Program-made: the position numbers and the translations under genes
The notes under the pieces: model-generated
Told to the model about the DNA's origin: nothing
Database searches by the model: none
The model's input: the letters and a program-made list of their open reading frames with translations, nothing else
Origin: Promethearchaeota archaeon
GTDB lineage: Archaea; Asgardarchaeota; Lokiarchaeia; Sigyniarchaeales; SOKP01
DNA length: 64,000 nt
Reading direction: 5' to 3'
NCBI GenBank assembly: GCA_029838195.1
Contig: JALGVJ010000004.1
Location: forward strand, 32,001 to 96,000
Part shown: positions 20,784 to 30,161 of the stretch, piece after piece
How positions within the stretch are numbered: the stretch's first letter is position 1
Layout of the letters: each line of letters starts with the position of its first letter

Positions 20784-21710
20784 ATGTCGCTTGAGAAAAA
20801 ACGAAATTCAAAAGCGGAAAAACAAAAACAGAAATTAGAAGACTCCACGTATCGTCAAGAAGATTTCAAGCCATTAGCGGAACGAATCCAAGTTACGCTA
20901 GAAGAGCCAAAAAAAGAAGAAATCATTGAAATAAAAGAAATTCCGAAAGAATTAGTAGACACGTTATCCGAAATTGAAAAAGATGTGTTAGAAATTGCGA
21001 AAGATATTTTAAAACTCAAGCGATATGATGCTGAATTTGATGAAATTAAGTCAAAAACTCAAATCCAGCGGTTTCCCATTATTGAAAAATTATATGCGAC
21101 ATGCATTTCAAAATTAGCTTATAATAAGGGATATGGAAAGGAAGAGATTTTCCTTGCCATTCGCAGCTTGGAAGAAAAACATTGGATCGTTACGAATGAA
21201 CGGAGAACCAAGTTAGAAGTATTAAACAATGAAAAATTAATGAACATTTTAAATTTCATAAAAAAACACCCGGGGATTCACGCTCGAGATGAGCGAATCG
21301 AGAAAGAATTGAATATTACTCGGACACCTTTCTTGAAACATGTCATGACCTTAGAGAATTTCAAATTAATCCGTTCAAAAAAAATCGGCAAAACCTTACA
21401 TTATTTCTTGGAGGAGATTCCCGATGATTTGGATAAATATCGGGTCATTTTCATAAATCCCCTTATACCAAAAATCATTAAAGAATTATTTAAAGACGAG
21501 ACAATATCCATTTCCACGCTTGCTTCAAATTTGGATGTCTATGCCGGCACCGTCCAATATCATTTAAAAAAGCTCAAGGAACTTAACATCGTGCGATCGC
21601 ATAAAAAGGAGGATGGAACCAAGTATTATTTAGTGAATATTGAGCTTTTAAAAAAATATAATGAAATTTTTGAAGAGCCAAATTTTTCCTCGTTGTTAAA
21701 AGGGCTTTAA
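20784..21710 (+). CDS. Multi-winged-helix transcriptional regulator (ArsR/HTH-like)
   Basis: ILNFIKKHPGIH...HVMTLENFKLI and ISTLASNLDVYAGTVQYHLKKLKELNIV wHTH motifs. Confidence 0.85.
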   Translation: MSLEKKRNSKAEKQKQKLEDSTYRQEDFKPLAERIQVTLEEPKKEEIIEIKEIPKELVDTLSEIEKDVLEIAKDILKLKRYDAEFDEIKSKTQIQRFPIIEKLYATCISKLAYNKGYGKEEIFLAIRSLEEKHWIVTNERRTKLEVLNNEKLMNILNFIKKHPGIHARDERIEKELNITRTPFLKHVMTLENFKLIRSKKIGKTLHYFLEEIPDDLDKYRVIFINPLIPKIIKELFKDETISISTLASNLDVYAGTVQYHLKKLKELNIVRSHKKEDGTKYYLVNIELLKKYNEIFEEPNFSSLLKGL

Positions 21711-21786
21711 TTCCCATGAGCGAACAATTTAATTTCATTCGCGTGTAATAAAAGCCAGAAAGAAAGAATAAAAAATTTAACTCTTT

Positions 21787-22617
21787 TCATTGTAAGAGTT
21801 TCTGGATTCTTGGTAACGCATCCAGGAGAATTTCCATGGTTCTTTTAAGACCGTTTTCTAGTTCAGGATGAATAGTATTCGTTTTAAATAAATCATGTTG
21901 AGGATGCCCCGGTAAATCTGATACGGCTAAAATGGACGCTACATTTAGATTAAATAATTTTCCCAGTAAGAATAGAATAGAAGATTCCATATCAATCGCT
22001 TGAATCTTGATCGATTTTAGCGCAGATAGTACCTCTGTTGTTTCGCAAAATAAAGCATCAATTGTATATAGATTTGCTTCTTTCACGTATCGCTCATGCT
22101 TGGATTTCCCCGCTTGTAGGAGGAGGTTTTTTAATTGATCATCAGGTTCAAATATCGGTAAAGTATTTATCCCCGAATAAAAAGTAAAAATTTCATTTAA
22201 TGGGTTTGAAATGAAAGAAAAGGTATCCTGTTTTTGTTTATATACGTTCAAATAATAGAGACAAGTACCATCTCCACCGCAGGCGGATTTAGGAATTATT
22301 GTATCTCCCACGCTAATTTCCTCATTGTGGACATTTAATCCTCCGCAATAATCTATTCGAATAACTATTTTTGCATTGGTGCGTTTCAAACATTCCATCG
22401 TGATGGCCATGTTTGGACATCCTACAAAAGAACGGATGACACTCACGGGAACCCCATTTAACGTCCCGTTAAAAATTCTTCCATGAGATGTTTTATTTTT
22501 TAACTTAAGGAGAAATTGTTTCATTACAGATTTTATGGCAGGTAAAATAACAATATCCCTTACATGCGAAGGGGCGGCTTCAAGAAAAATTCTTACTATT
22601 TTTTCATCCACGCTCAT
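21787..22617 (-). CDS. Purine/uridine nucleoside phosphorylase family protein (divergent)
   Basis: FNGTLNGVPVSV, VGCPN, TIDALFCET, AIDMESS and LAVSD motifs. Confidence 0.8.
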   Translation of the reverse strand: MSVDEKIVRIFLEAAPSHVRDIVILPAIKSVMKQFLLKLKNKTSHGRIFNGTLNGVPVSVIRSFVGCPNMAITMECLKRTNAKIVIRIDYCGGLNVHNEEISVGDTIIPKSACGGDGTCLYYLNVYKQKQDTFSFISNPLNEIFTFYSGINTLPIFEPDDQLKNLLLQAGKSKHERYVKEANLYTIDALFCETTEVLSALKSIKIQAIDMESSILFLLGKLFNLNVASILAVSDLPGHPQHDLFKTNTIHPELENGLKRTMEILLDALPRIQKLLQ

Positions 22618-22817
22618 GAATTTTAATCCAAAATTTAATAATTCTGCTTTTATTCGGTTTAACATGGTATTTAATTGCGATTATAAAATATAAGTGTATA
22701 AATAAATATTAGCGAACTTATATTTATTAATAGCAGATTTATTATATTTTGTTGTAATCTAATATTATATACTCTTGCGAGATAGTAGTTAATAAAAGAA
22801 ACTAAAGAGCGGTATTC

Positions 22818-24104
22818 ATGAGTAATCGTTATATCATTGATAACAAAATTACGAATGAGTTTGTTGAGGCATATACAAAAACCAATTATCGAATTGTAGG
22901 ACCCAATAAACACAGTGCCATTAAGCCATGCCACTGGTTAGAACAAAAGTTATTAACGGGTAGAGCAAATAGAAATTGTTATAAAGGCATATTTGGAATA
23001 GAAAGTCATAAATGCTTGCAAAACACCCCCGCCTTACCGTTTTGCAATCATCAATGCGTATTTTGCTGGAGAGATGTCGAAAAGGGGAATTTAGGCAGCA
23101 TGTTCTTAGTTGAGTCTGATGAGCCTAAGGCTCTCATTGATGAAATGTTATCTCATCATCGAGATATCATCAAAAATCATCTTCCTTTACGGCGATATTT
23201 AGAAAATTATGAAATCATGATTGATCTCCTTTATTACATGCTCCACCATGAGGGATGCCATGATCCTAATTCGCTCTCCAGAAACATACATGTTTCAAAA
23301 AATAAAGTAGAACGTGCCCTTAATTTATTGAAAAACCAAAAATTCATTCACCCCATTGAAAATTCCAGCAATCGATTTGAAATAGATAAAGAAATCAGGG
23401 GTTGTATTACTTCCCGAGAAGAAATAGAATTATTAATTAATAGGGAATTAACTACACCGGACGAGATAATGGCCGTTCATGCTGAGGCATTAACTCCAAA
23501 TCATGCGGCAATTTCCTTGGATGGGGAACCCTTGCTTTATCCCATGATCTCGGAATATGTGGATGAATTTAAGGAAAGAAATTTCACGACCTTTATTGTG
23601 ACAAATGGCACTCTTCCCGAAATTTTAGAACAGTTAAATCCCTTACCTACTCAATTATACATCACTTTACCAGCCCCTAATGAGAAAATTTACAAAAAAA
23701 TTTGCCGCCCTATGATTAAGGATGGTTGGAAAAAAATAAAAGAATCTTTAAGTTTGATTCCAAGCCTTTCTTGTAGAACGGTCATCAGATTAACTGCCGT
23801 AAAAAATTTAAACATTGATTCTGCATATTTAAAAAATTATGTATCTATCGTTAAGGAAGCAAATCCCAACTTTTTTGAGATTAAAGGATTTACGCTACAA
23901 GCTAAGGCATTAAAGATTTCTGAACGATTAAAGAAAGCAGAATCCGTCCAATATTATTTTCCCGAATATTCCTTCCTAGAAGAGTTTTCTGAAAAATTCC
24001 AAGAATTAAGCGGTTTTCCTTTAATTTACAAGAATGAATCGAGTCGGGATTTTCTATTCACAGTAAATTGGGATGAGGATAAAAGTCCAAAAATTAAAAA
24101 ATGA
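22818..24104 (+). CDS. taw1: 4-demethylwyosine synthase Taw1/TYW1 (radical SAM) with an internal insertion
   Basis: HSAIKPCHW, CYK, SHKCLQ, CNHQCVFCWR, HAAISLDGEP, FIVTNGT and PTQLYITL motifs. Confidence 0.92.
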   Translation: MSNRYIIDNKITNEFVEAYTKTNYRIVGPNKHSAIKPCHWLEQKLLTGRANRNCYKGIFGIESHKCLQNTPALPFCNHQCVFCWRDVEKGNLGSMFLVESDEPKALIDEMLSHHRDIIKNHLPLRRYLENYEIMIDLLYYMLHHEGCHDPNSLSRNIHVSKNKVERALNLLKNQKFIHPIENSSNRFEIDKEIRGCITSREEIELLINRELTTPDEIMAVHAEALTPNHAAISLDGEPLLYPMISEYVDEFKERNFTTFIVTNGTLPEILEQLNPLPTQLYITLPAPNEKIYKKICRPMIKDGWKKIKESLSLIPSLSCRTVIRLTAVKNLNIDSAYLKNYVSIVKEANPNFFEIKGFTLQAKALKISERLKKAESVQYYFPEYSFLEEFSEKFQELSGFPLIYKNESSRDFLFTVNWDEDKSPKIKK

Positions 24105-24346
24105 ATTTAAATTTAGAAATTTTCTCAAACAAGAGCGTTTTGATACTCATTTTATTTTTCAATTAATTTCCTAATAATGTTTAGATATTTATTATTTGGC
24201 CAATTTAATTCAATATAATCTGTAGATTTTTAAGCCATGGTGGTGGTTTTGAAAATAGAAGAAATATGTGGCTGGTTTAATAAATAATTTCAATCTTTTA
24301 GAAATTAGGAATCTTAAAATAGGATAAAAAATTACATTGCACGATC

Positions 24347-24955
24347 ATGTTCATTATTTGCTTAGATCTTGAAGGCGTGTTTACTCCCGAAATTTGGATT
24401 GAAGTTTCCTTGAAAACTAAAATAGAAGAATTGAAGATCACCACTCGAGACGAACCCGATTATGATAAACTCATGAAAAAGAGATTAAAAATACTGAAGG
24501 AACACGGAATTTCACTAAAAAAGATTCAAGAGATCATTTCTGAAATGGAGTTATTACCGGGAGCAAAGGAATTTCTGGATTGGTTGAGATCGAAAACTCA
24601 AATAATTATTGTGAGCGATAGTTTCATAGAATTTGCCATGCCTTTTATGAAAAAATTAGGATATCCTACCTTGTTTTGCCATGATCTAGAAACGGATGGT
24701 AATGGCATGATCTCGAATTATCGCTTACGCCTTGATGACATGAAAAGAAAAACGGTGCTTGCATTAAAAAAGTTAAATTATGAGGTTATTGCCATTGGAG
24801 ATTCTTATAATGATATGGGAATGATAAAAGAAGCAGATCATGGTATTTTATTTAAACCGCCTGAAAATGTTGTAAAAGAATTTCCTCAATTTCCGGTTAC
24901 TCATGAATATTCGGAATTAATAGAGATCCTCTCAAACCATTTAAATTTAAAATAG
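24347..24955 (+). CDS. thrH: Phosphoserine phosphatase/homoserine phosphotransferase (HAD)
   Basis: CLDLEGVFTPEIW, TTRDEPDYDKLM, PTLFCH and GDSYND motifs. Confidence 0.92.
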   Translation: MFIICLDLEGVFTPEIWIEVSLKTKIEELKITTRDEPDYDKLMKKRLKILKEHGISLKKIQEIISEMELLPGAKEFLDWLRSKTQIIIVSDSFIEFAMPFMKKLGYPTLFCHDLETDGNGMISNYRLRLDDMKRKTVLALKKLNYEVIAIGDSYNDMGMIKEADHGILFKPPENVVKEFPQFPVTHEYSELIEILSNHLNLK

Positions 24956-25023
24956 AAAGGCAGAGTAAGCTTAAAAAAATCCTTTTATTAAACTACTTTT
25001 TTTATCAAAATTGAGAAACGAGT

Positions 25024-25911
25024 TCAAATCTTTAATTTTTCTAATTTTACTTGTCTTGAACTAAGCAGAAGCGTACTAATTATGATTGCCAACAATCCTA
25101 AAACTAAATATATCACGGATAAAATAGTTGGCGGAGATAATTTAAAAACTAAAAAATAGGTGATTGCGGGAACTACTTGTCCAGGCACTCCTATTAATGG
25201 AGAAAGAAGATTCGCCTGACCCTGTTGATAAGCTTTCTGAGCAAAAATTATTCCAAAGGCAGTAGATAAAATTATAACACAAAGAGCAGGTAAAAACAAT
25301 AATAATTCTCCGAATAATATAGCATTTGAAAATAAATGGGTGAGAAAAGTAATTAAAGGGGCAATCCAGACGGAATTTAAAGAATAGCTTAATCCTGATT
25401 CCATTGCAAAAACAACGCCTTTACCCTTTAAGACATGTCTTGAAACTAGTTGAATCGATAATAAACTAAACACTATTATTATAGTAAAAATCATTAACCT
25501 TATCAAAAAACCTTGATCCAAGATATCATATGATGCCATATCAATAGAGAGTCCACTCAGACTAAAGATTATAATCCCTATCCCCATGAGAAAAATACCA
25601 AGTAATTCCATCCATCGCAATCTTTCCTTGAGAATTCTTGTGGAGCCTATTACTAAAACGATTAATCCCGCACTCATTAAACCCGGAACAAGTGTGGGTC
25701 CGATAAGTACTTGAGCTATCATGTATAATATTGCTCCACCAATCACGAGTTGTAATAGGAGCCCGAATACCCAAGTGGGATTTTTTATCAAGCTTTTTAA
25801 GAATTCTGGATCTTCCACATGATCATTTATAACTTTTTTTTGAAAAAGTACACCTAAGTTATTAACGGCCCCGCTGGTGATGGCTAAAATTATACCAAGC
25901 GTATAGCTCAT
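25024..25911 (-). CDS. DMT-superfamily membrane protein (NIPA/EamA-like)
   Basis: About 9 TM segments; GVLFQKK, LIKNPTWVFG, ILKERL and QKAYQQG motifs. Confidence 0.75.
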   Translation of the reverse strand: MSYTLGIILAITSGAVNNLGVLFQKKVINDHVEDPEFLKSLIKNPTWVFGLLLQLVIGGAILYMIAQVLIGPTLVPGLMSAGLIVLVIGSTRILKERLRWMELLGIFLMGIGIIIFSLSGLSIDMASYDILDQGFLIRLMIFTIIIVFSLLSIQLVSRHVLKGKGVVFAMESGLSYSLNSVWIAPLITFLTHLFSNAILFGELLLFLPALCVIILSTAFGIIFAQKAYQQGQANLLSPLIGVPGQVVPAITYFLVFKLSPPTILSVIYLVLGLLAIIISTLLLSSRQVKLEKLKI

Positions 25912-26025
25912 TTTAATAATCCTCTTGAGGACGTTTATTAATTGAATAAAAAAGTTTTTTGATTGGTCCCCGTATATTTTTTAAAATTTATAAACATGAT
26001 GATACTTCAATTATTTTTCTTTCTT

Positions 26026-26259
26026 TTAATAAATAAAGATTCGCATGATGAGATAAAAAAGATATAAGGCTCCAAGTGCTGCGAATAAGAGTTTAAGCCA
26101 TGGAAACGTCCATTTCTTTTTTTCTTGAGTATTTCTTGGATTTTTAAATATTTCTGGGGATATAATTGCCTCACAAGCTTGGCATTTATAAAGAGAGTTT
26201 TCAGCAATATATTGAATTTTCGCTCCGCAAATTAAACAATATTTCGATTTTTTTTTCAT
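26026..26259 (-). CDS. Small Zn-ribbon protein with C-terminal membrane anchor
   Basis: CLICG...CQAC followed by a hydrophobic C-terminal helix. Confidence 0.65.
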   Translation of the reverse strand: MKKKSKYCLICGAKIQYIAENSLYKCQACEAIISPEIFKNPRNTQEKKKWTFPWLKLLFAALGALYLFYLIMRIFIY

Positions 26260-26566
26260 TTTTTTACCATTGAACGTGTTTATTCCTATAATTTTTAAAG
26301 ATAAAAGTAATTATCTTTTTTGATTTTCAATAAGTTGTTGAAACCTGCTTTTTTAATTCTTCCTTATTAAATCATTCATTCACGCATTTAACCATGATGT
26401 TCAATGCTTATAAGAAAATATGAAATCAATTAAATTAAACGCTTGAAAGTGGATTACATGTTTAATCTTCAAGGAAGTCCTTTCAAGCACGTGAAATTTT
26501 ATATGAGAGATCATTAAAGGAAGGAAAAGAAAAATAATAAATTATTATTAAGGCTAATATATTATC

Positions 26567-28600
26567 GTGAAAGGAATAAAAAGGAAAAAAAATCATGAAC
26601 TTTTCCGTTCTATCGCACTATCTTCTATTATTCTTAGCATTTTAAATTTAATCATCGTGGGAAGCATGGGAGGTGTTCCGAGCTTGCTTCCGAGATGCAC
26701 TACCCTTTTCTATCATTTCAATATTGATTATCGTTTGGGACTTGAAGAAGTGGAAGATAGAATCATTCGAGAACCTTATCATGAGTTATTAAAACTCTAT
26801 GACAGGCATCCGAATTGGAAATTTACCATTGAATGTCAAGCGGAAATGATGTTTAAAATTTACACCAATCGAGATTATGAAGAGATTAAAGATCTCACGA
26901 ATAAATTATTGGAAAGGAATCAAATGGAATTAATGTGTGCTTTACAATTTAGCCAATTATTTTATGCATATCCTAATGATGTGTTTGAATTGAATTTAAA
27001 ATTAGCCAATGAAACGTTAGAGAGCTTGGGATTGCTTAACAAGAGGAGTAATTGCATCCTATTTCAAGAAGGACAATATGCGCCGGGATTGGTAACGGCT
27101 TTGAATTCTCCTCATGCTTTCAATATCGATACAGTCTTAGTTTCTGTACAACAAATAAGGGGGTTTAGAAACCCAAATCGGCTTCATGAGGATTATCCCG
27201 TATATGTTGTTCAAGATGAAAACTTGGGGAAATCAATAAACTTATTGCAATATGACTATTTTCCGAGAAAGGAAGCCGGGTATTTTCACACGTGGAATTA
27301 TCTATATGATGCTGAATTAGCATTTGAAGATGAACAAGCAGAAGAAGAGTTTACGGTCTCTCAAGATAAAGTGAAAGCTTTTGAAGAAGAAATGCTTCTT
27401 TTAGAGCAGCAAGGAAATGAATTTTTCACGTGTTCCGAATGGTTAGCTCACTGCGAGGATGTTGGAGCCGTTGGCTTGCTTGATTATTACATTCCTGAAT
27501 CTAATTGGAACACTGCAGATTATAATTCGAGTTATACGTGGTGTTCAAATAATAGGGGTTCCAGCGATGATGGAGAGGTGTTGGCTAATAATTATCGCTG
27601 TCGGCAGATAATTCGAGCCACCCACACGATTCATGAAAAATATAAAAATGTCATATCTATAAAAACTCAAAGAAGAATTGAAGCTTTATTTCTTGAAGCA
27701 GAAAGAGCATGGTTGCAAGCCACGTGTACGGATTCAACAGGATTAACGCCTCGATATTATGAGAGGCAAAAAGCTGAAGATAACATTTTATTTGCTCAAA
27801 AAAAATGCGCTCAAATCCTACGGATTTTAGGAAATAACGTGAACTTAATAAATAGGAGTCGCATTCAAGTAGACTTAAAAACAGGAGACATATATCGTGA
27901 GGAGAGAAACTTTATCTCCTTGTTCCAATTTGAGAAAGGAAACATTCCTTTATCAACGCTTCCTTTAAATATACAAGTCCTTGTTATAAATGAAAGCGCT
28001 TCAGATAATAATATTTTACAACCCTCAATTACCTTTCTGAAATATCAATCTCTGGATGCATTAACTTTAATTGAAACTTTTCATGTGTATAGAGTTGACG
28101 TGTTCATTCGTGGTTCTCATGATTGGGCGGATGATTCTATTAAAAAAATATCAATAAAAATTCAATTTAAGGAGGAAACAAAAAACTTCAATTCTATAAT
28201 GTATTCACCTTCTCTCAAGGAACATGAGGTCAAATCCCTTAATAGAGGAGATTATGACGCAAAACCCCTTTATATCTTTTTACCTTTAAGCAATGGACTC
28301 GTTTTTATTCCTTTCTCGGAGAATTCCAATGAAGGCATTGCATTAATTAAAGATATTTCAAAAAGACACGTTTCATGGCTATGGGAGAAGGATTATATAG
28401 AAATATTAGAAACGAATGGGCTTCATATGGATGCTCATCATCGATTTTACATTTTAGAAAACGTTACCATTCAGCGCGCCTTAAAATTTGCAAATAGAAT
28501 TAATTTGTATCCTCCTTGGATTGTTAGTAAAGATGTTTCTTTAATGCAAGGAAATGAAATATATCAAGCATATGAAAGCATGAAAAACAAAGAATATTAA
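26567..28600 (+). CDS. Membrane-anchored/secreted GH57/GH38-like (7-stranded barrel) hydrolase
   Basis: N-terminal TM segment; YHFNIDY, PYHELL, WKFTIE and QMELM; LFQEG nucleophile-like position; DAE; helical bundle ending WLQATCTDSTG. Confidence 0.6.
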   Translation: MKGIKRKKNHELFRSIALSSIILSILNLIIVGSMGGVPSLLPRCTTLFYHFNIDYRLGLEEVEDRIIREPYHELLKLYDRHPNWKFTIECQAEMMFKIYTNRDYEEIKDLTNKLLERNQMELMCALQFSQLFYAYPNDVFELNLKLANETLESLGLLNKRSNCILFQEGQYAPGLVTALNSPHAFNIDTVLVSVQQIRGFRNPNRLHEDYPVYVVQDENLGKSINLLQYDYFPRKEAGYFHTWNYLYDAELAFEDEQAEEEFTVSQDKVKAFEEEMLLLEQQGNEFFTCSEWLAHCEDVGAVGLLDYYIPESNWNTADYNSSYTWCSNNRGSSDDGEVLANNYRCRQIIRATHTIHEKYKNVISIKTQRRIEALFLEAERAWLQATCTDSTGLTPRYYERQKAEDNILFAQKKCAQILRILGNNVNLINRSRIQVDLKTGDIYREERNFISLFQFEKGNIPLSTLPLNIQVLVINESASDNNILQPSITFLKYQSLDALTLIETFHVYRVDVFIRGSHDWADDSIKKISIKIQFKEETKNFNSIMYSPSLKEHEVKSLNRGDYDAKPLYIFLPLSNGLVFIPFSENSNEGIALIKDISKRHVSWLWEKDYIEILETNGLHMDAHHRFYILENVTIQRALKFANRINLYPPWIVSKDVSLMQGNEIYQAYESMKNKEY

Positions 28601-28632
28601 AAAATAATTTAAAGGAGCATGAAATCAATCAC

Positions 28633-29442
28633 ATGAAATTTAAAAACCTCCGTGAGAAATTATTAGACAATAAAACTGAGAGGGATTATCTCAATTTTCT
28701 TGCTGCTGGTTTGTATCAAGTTCATGTAGGCATAATTTTAAATCAATTAATTAAAATTCTTAATAGTTTATCAATCATCATTTTTTATCCATTCATTACG
28801 GCTCAACTTTTAAATTTTCTCCTCTATTTCAGTTTTTTTCTCATGATTGTTGGATGTTTGGTTTTACTACTTCCTTTTTTAAAGAACTTCATTAAATCTC
28901 AAGGAAGGTCATTAACCATTTTGAAGGGAGTGACTAAAATACTCGCAATTATAACTTTTATCTCATTCCCTATTGGAACCTTTTTAGCAGTGTATTTATG
29001 GAACGATATAAAAAGACCCCGAAGAGAAAAAAACCAAGATAATAATTATCTATTGGATGAGGAAGGAAAACTATTATTTATTTTTCAACTAACTTGTGGG
29101 ATTCTCCTCTCTTCTTTTGGCATAATTCTCATGGTTGCCATCAACTTAGTTATTTTAGAGGAAATTGCTTTCTTGTATCCTTACATAACCTATGACATCA
29201 TAGCATTTTTAATCATTATTACGTGGTCAAGTCTAATTCTCGGGATTCTACTTCTTTTTTTTGCTACGTGGATGAAAAAAAATCGAATCATTAACCGTGA
29301 AGAACTTAAAAAACGAGGGGCAAAATGGGTTTGTAAATTATATTTATTAACACTTATCTTTCTCTTGTTTCTCTATCCCGTGGGTACTTTTTTTGGATTG
29401 ACAATTCTGATTTATAATTCCCCGAAAGATAAGACAAAGTAG
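28633..29442 (+). CDS. Membrane protein with internal duplication
   Basis: Two halves ending ISFPIGTFLAVYL and FLYPVGTFFGLTI. Confidence 0.7.
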   Translation: MKFKNLREKLLDNKTERDYLNFLAAGLYQVHVGIILNQLIKILNSLSIIIFYPFITAQLLNFLLYFSFFLMIVGCLVLLLPFLKNFIKSQGRSLTILKGVTKILAIITFISFPIGTFLAVYLWNDIKRPRREKNQDNNYLLDEEGKLLFIFQLTCGILLSSFGIILMVAINLVILEEIAFLYPYITYDIIAFLIIITWSSLILGILLLFFATWMKKNRIINREELKKRGAKWVCKLYLLTLIFLLFLYPVGTFFGLTILIYNSPKDKTK

Positions 29443-29465
29443 AGGGAAGATTTTAGGATTTATCT

Positions 29466-30104
29466 TTATATTTTTCTTCTCTTCCAACATTCTTCGATCA
29501 TCCATTTAAGCTTTCTAATATTGATTTTCTTTAATGCCGAGAATTCCAAATAGGGAACGACTCCTTTTTTTTCGAAATCATGGTCATTCAAGTGAATTAA
29601 TTGAATGCCATGCTCTCTGGCTTGCTCGATAAAAAAATTAAGTACACGTACGGAATCTCTTTTAGAAAGTTTATCAATTTTATTAAAAAGGATTAAATGA
29701 GGGATGTGAAATTCAGAGATAAAATTAATCAGTTCAAAACTCAATGGGATGGTATCTTTCCTCATTAAATTATACTTTACCAATTCATCCTCGATTCTCA
29801 GTACATTTATCACGATGAGTGCGAGAAAATATTTTGCATGATGCTTCTCCACGTGAACTACGATTTGTCTCTTTACATGTTCTTCTCTTCTTTTACTCGA
29901 CGATTTCATGTAGCCGAATCCTGGTAAATCAACAATTTGATATTTCAAGCCAGGTTGTGTAATTGGGCGTATTAATAAAGTGCTACCAGGCTTTTTTCCC
30001 GCTTTTCCCTTAAATTTACTCGGATGAGGTAATAATAATCTCGTTATGGAGCTTTTACCCACGTTAGAATTTCCAATAATGAGAAGAGAAGGTTTTTCTT
30101 TCAT
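29466..30104 (-). CDS. engB: EngB/YihA family GTPase
   Basis: GNSNVGKSS, KPGST, VDLPGFG, NKID and FSA motifs. Confidence 0.88.
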   Translation of the reverse strand: MKEKPSLLIIGNSNVGKSSITRLLLPHPSKFKGKAGKKPGSTLLIRPITQPGLKYQIVDLPGFGYMKSSSKRREEHVKRQIVVHVEKHHAKYFLALIVINVLRIEDELVKYNLMRKDTIPLSFELINFISEFHIPHLILFNKIDKLSKRDSVRVLNFFIEQAREHGIQLIHLNDHDFEKKGVVPYLEFSALKKINIRKLKWMIEECWKRRKI

Positions 30105-30161
30105 GATACTTAATAAGATTCTAATACTTTATTCTTTTTTTCTCATCCTAATAATACAAGT

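Noticed and set aside
23178-23462. Taw1 insertion as an intein
   Set aside because: No N-terminal Cys/Ser block or C-terminal His-Asn; too short; wHTH-like pattern instead
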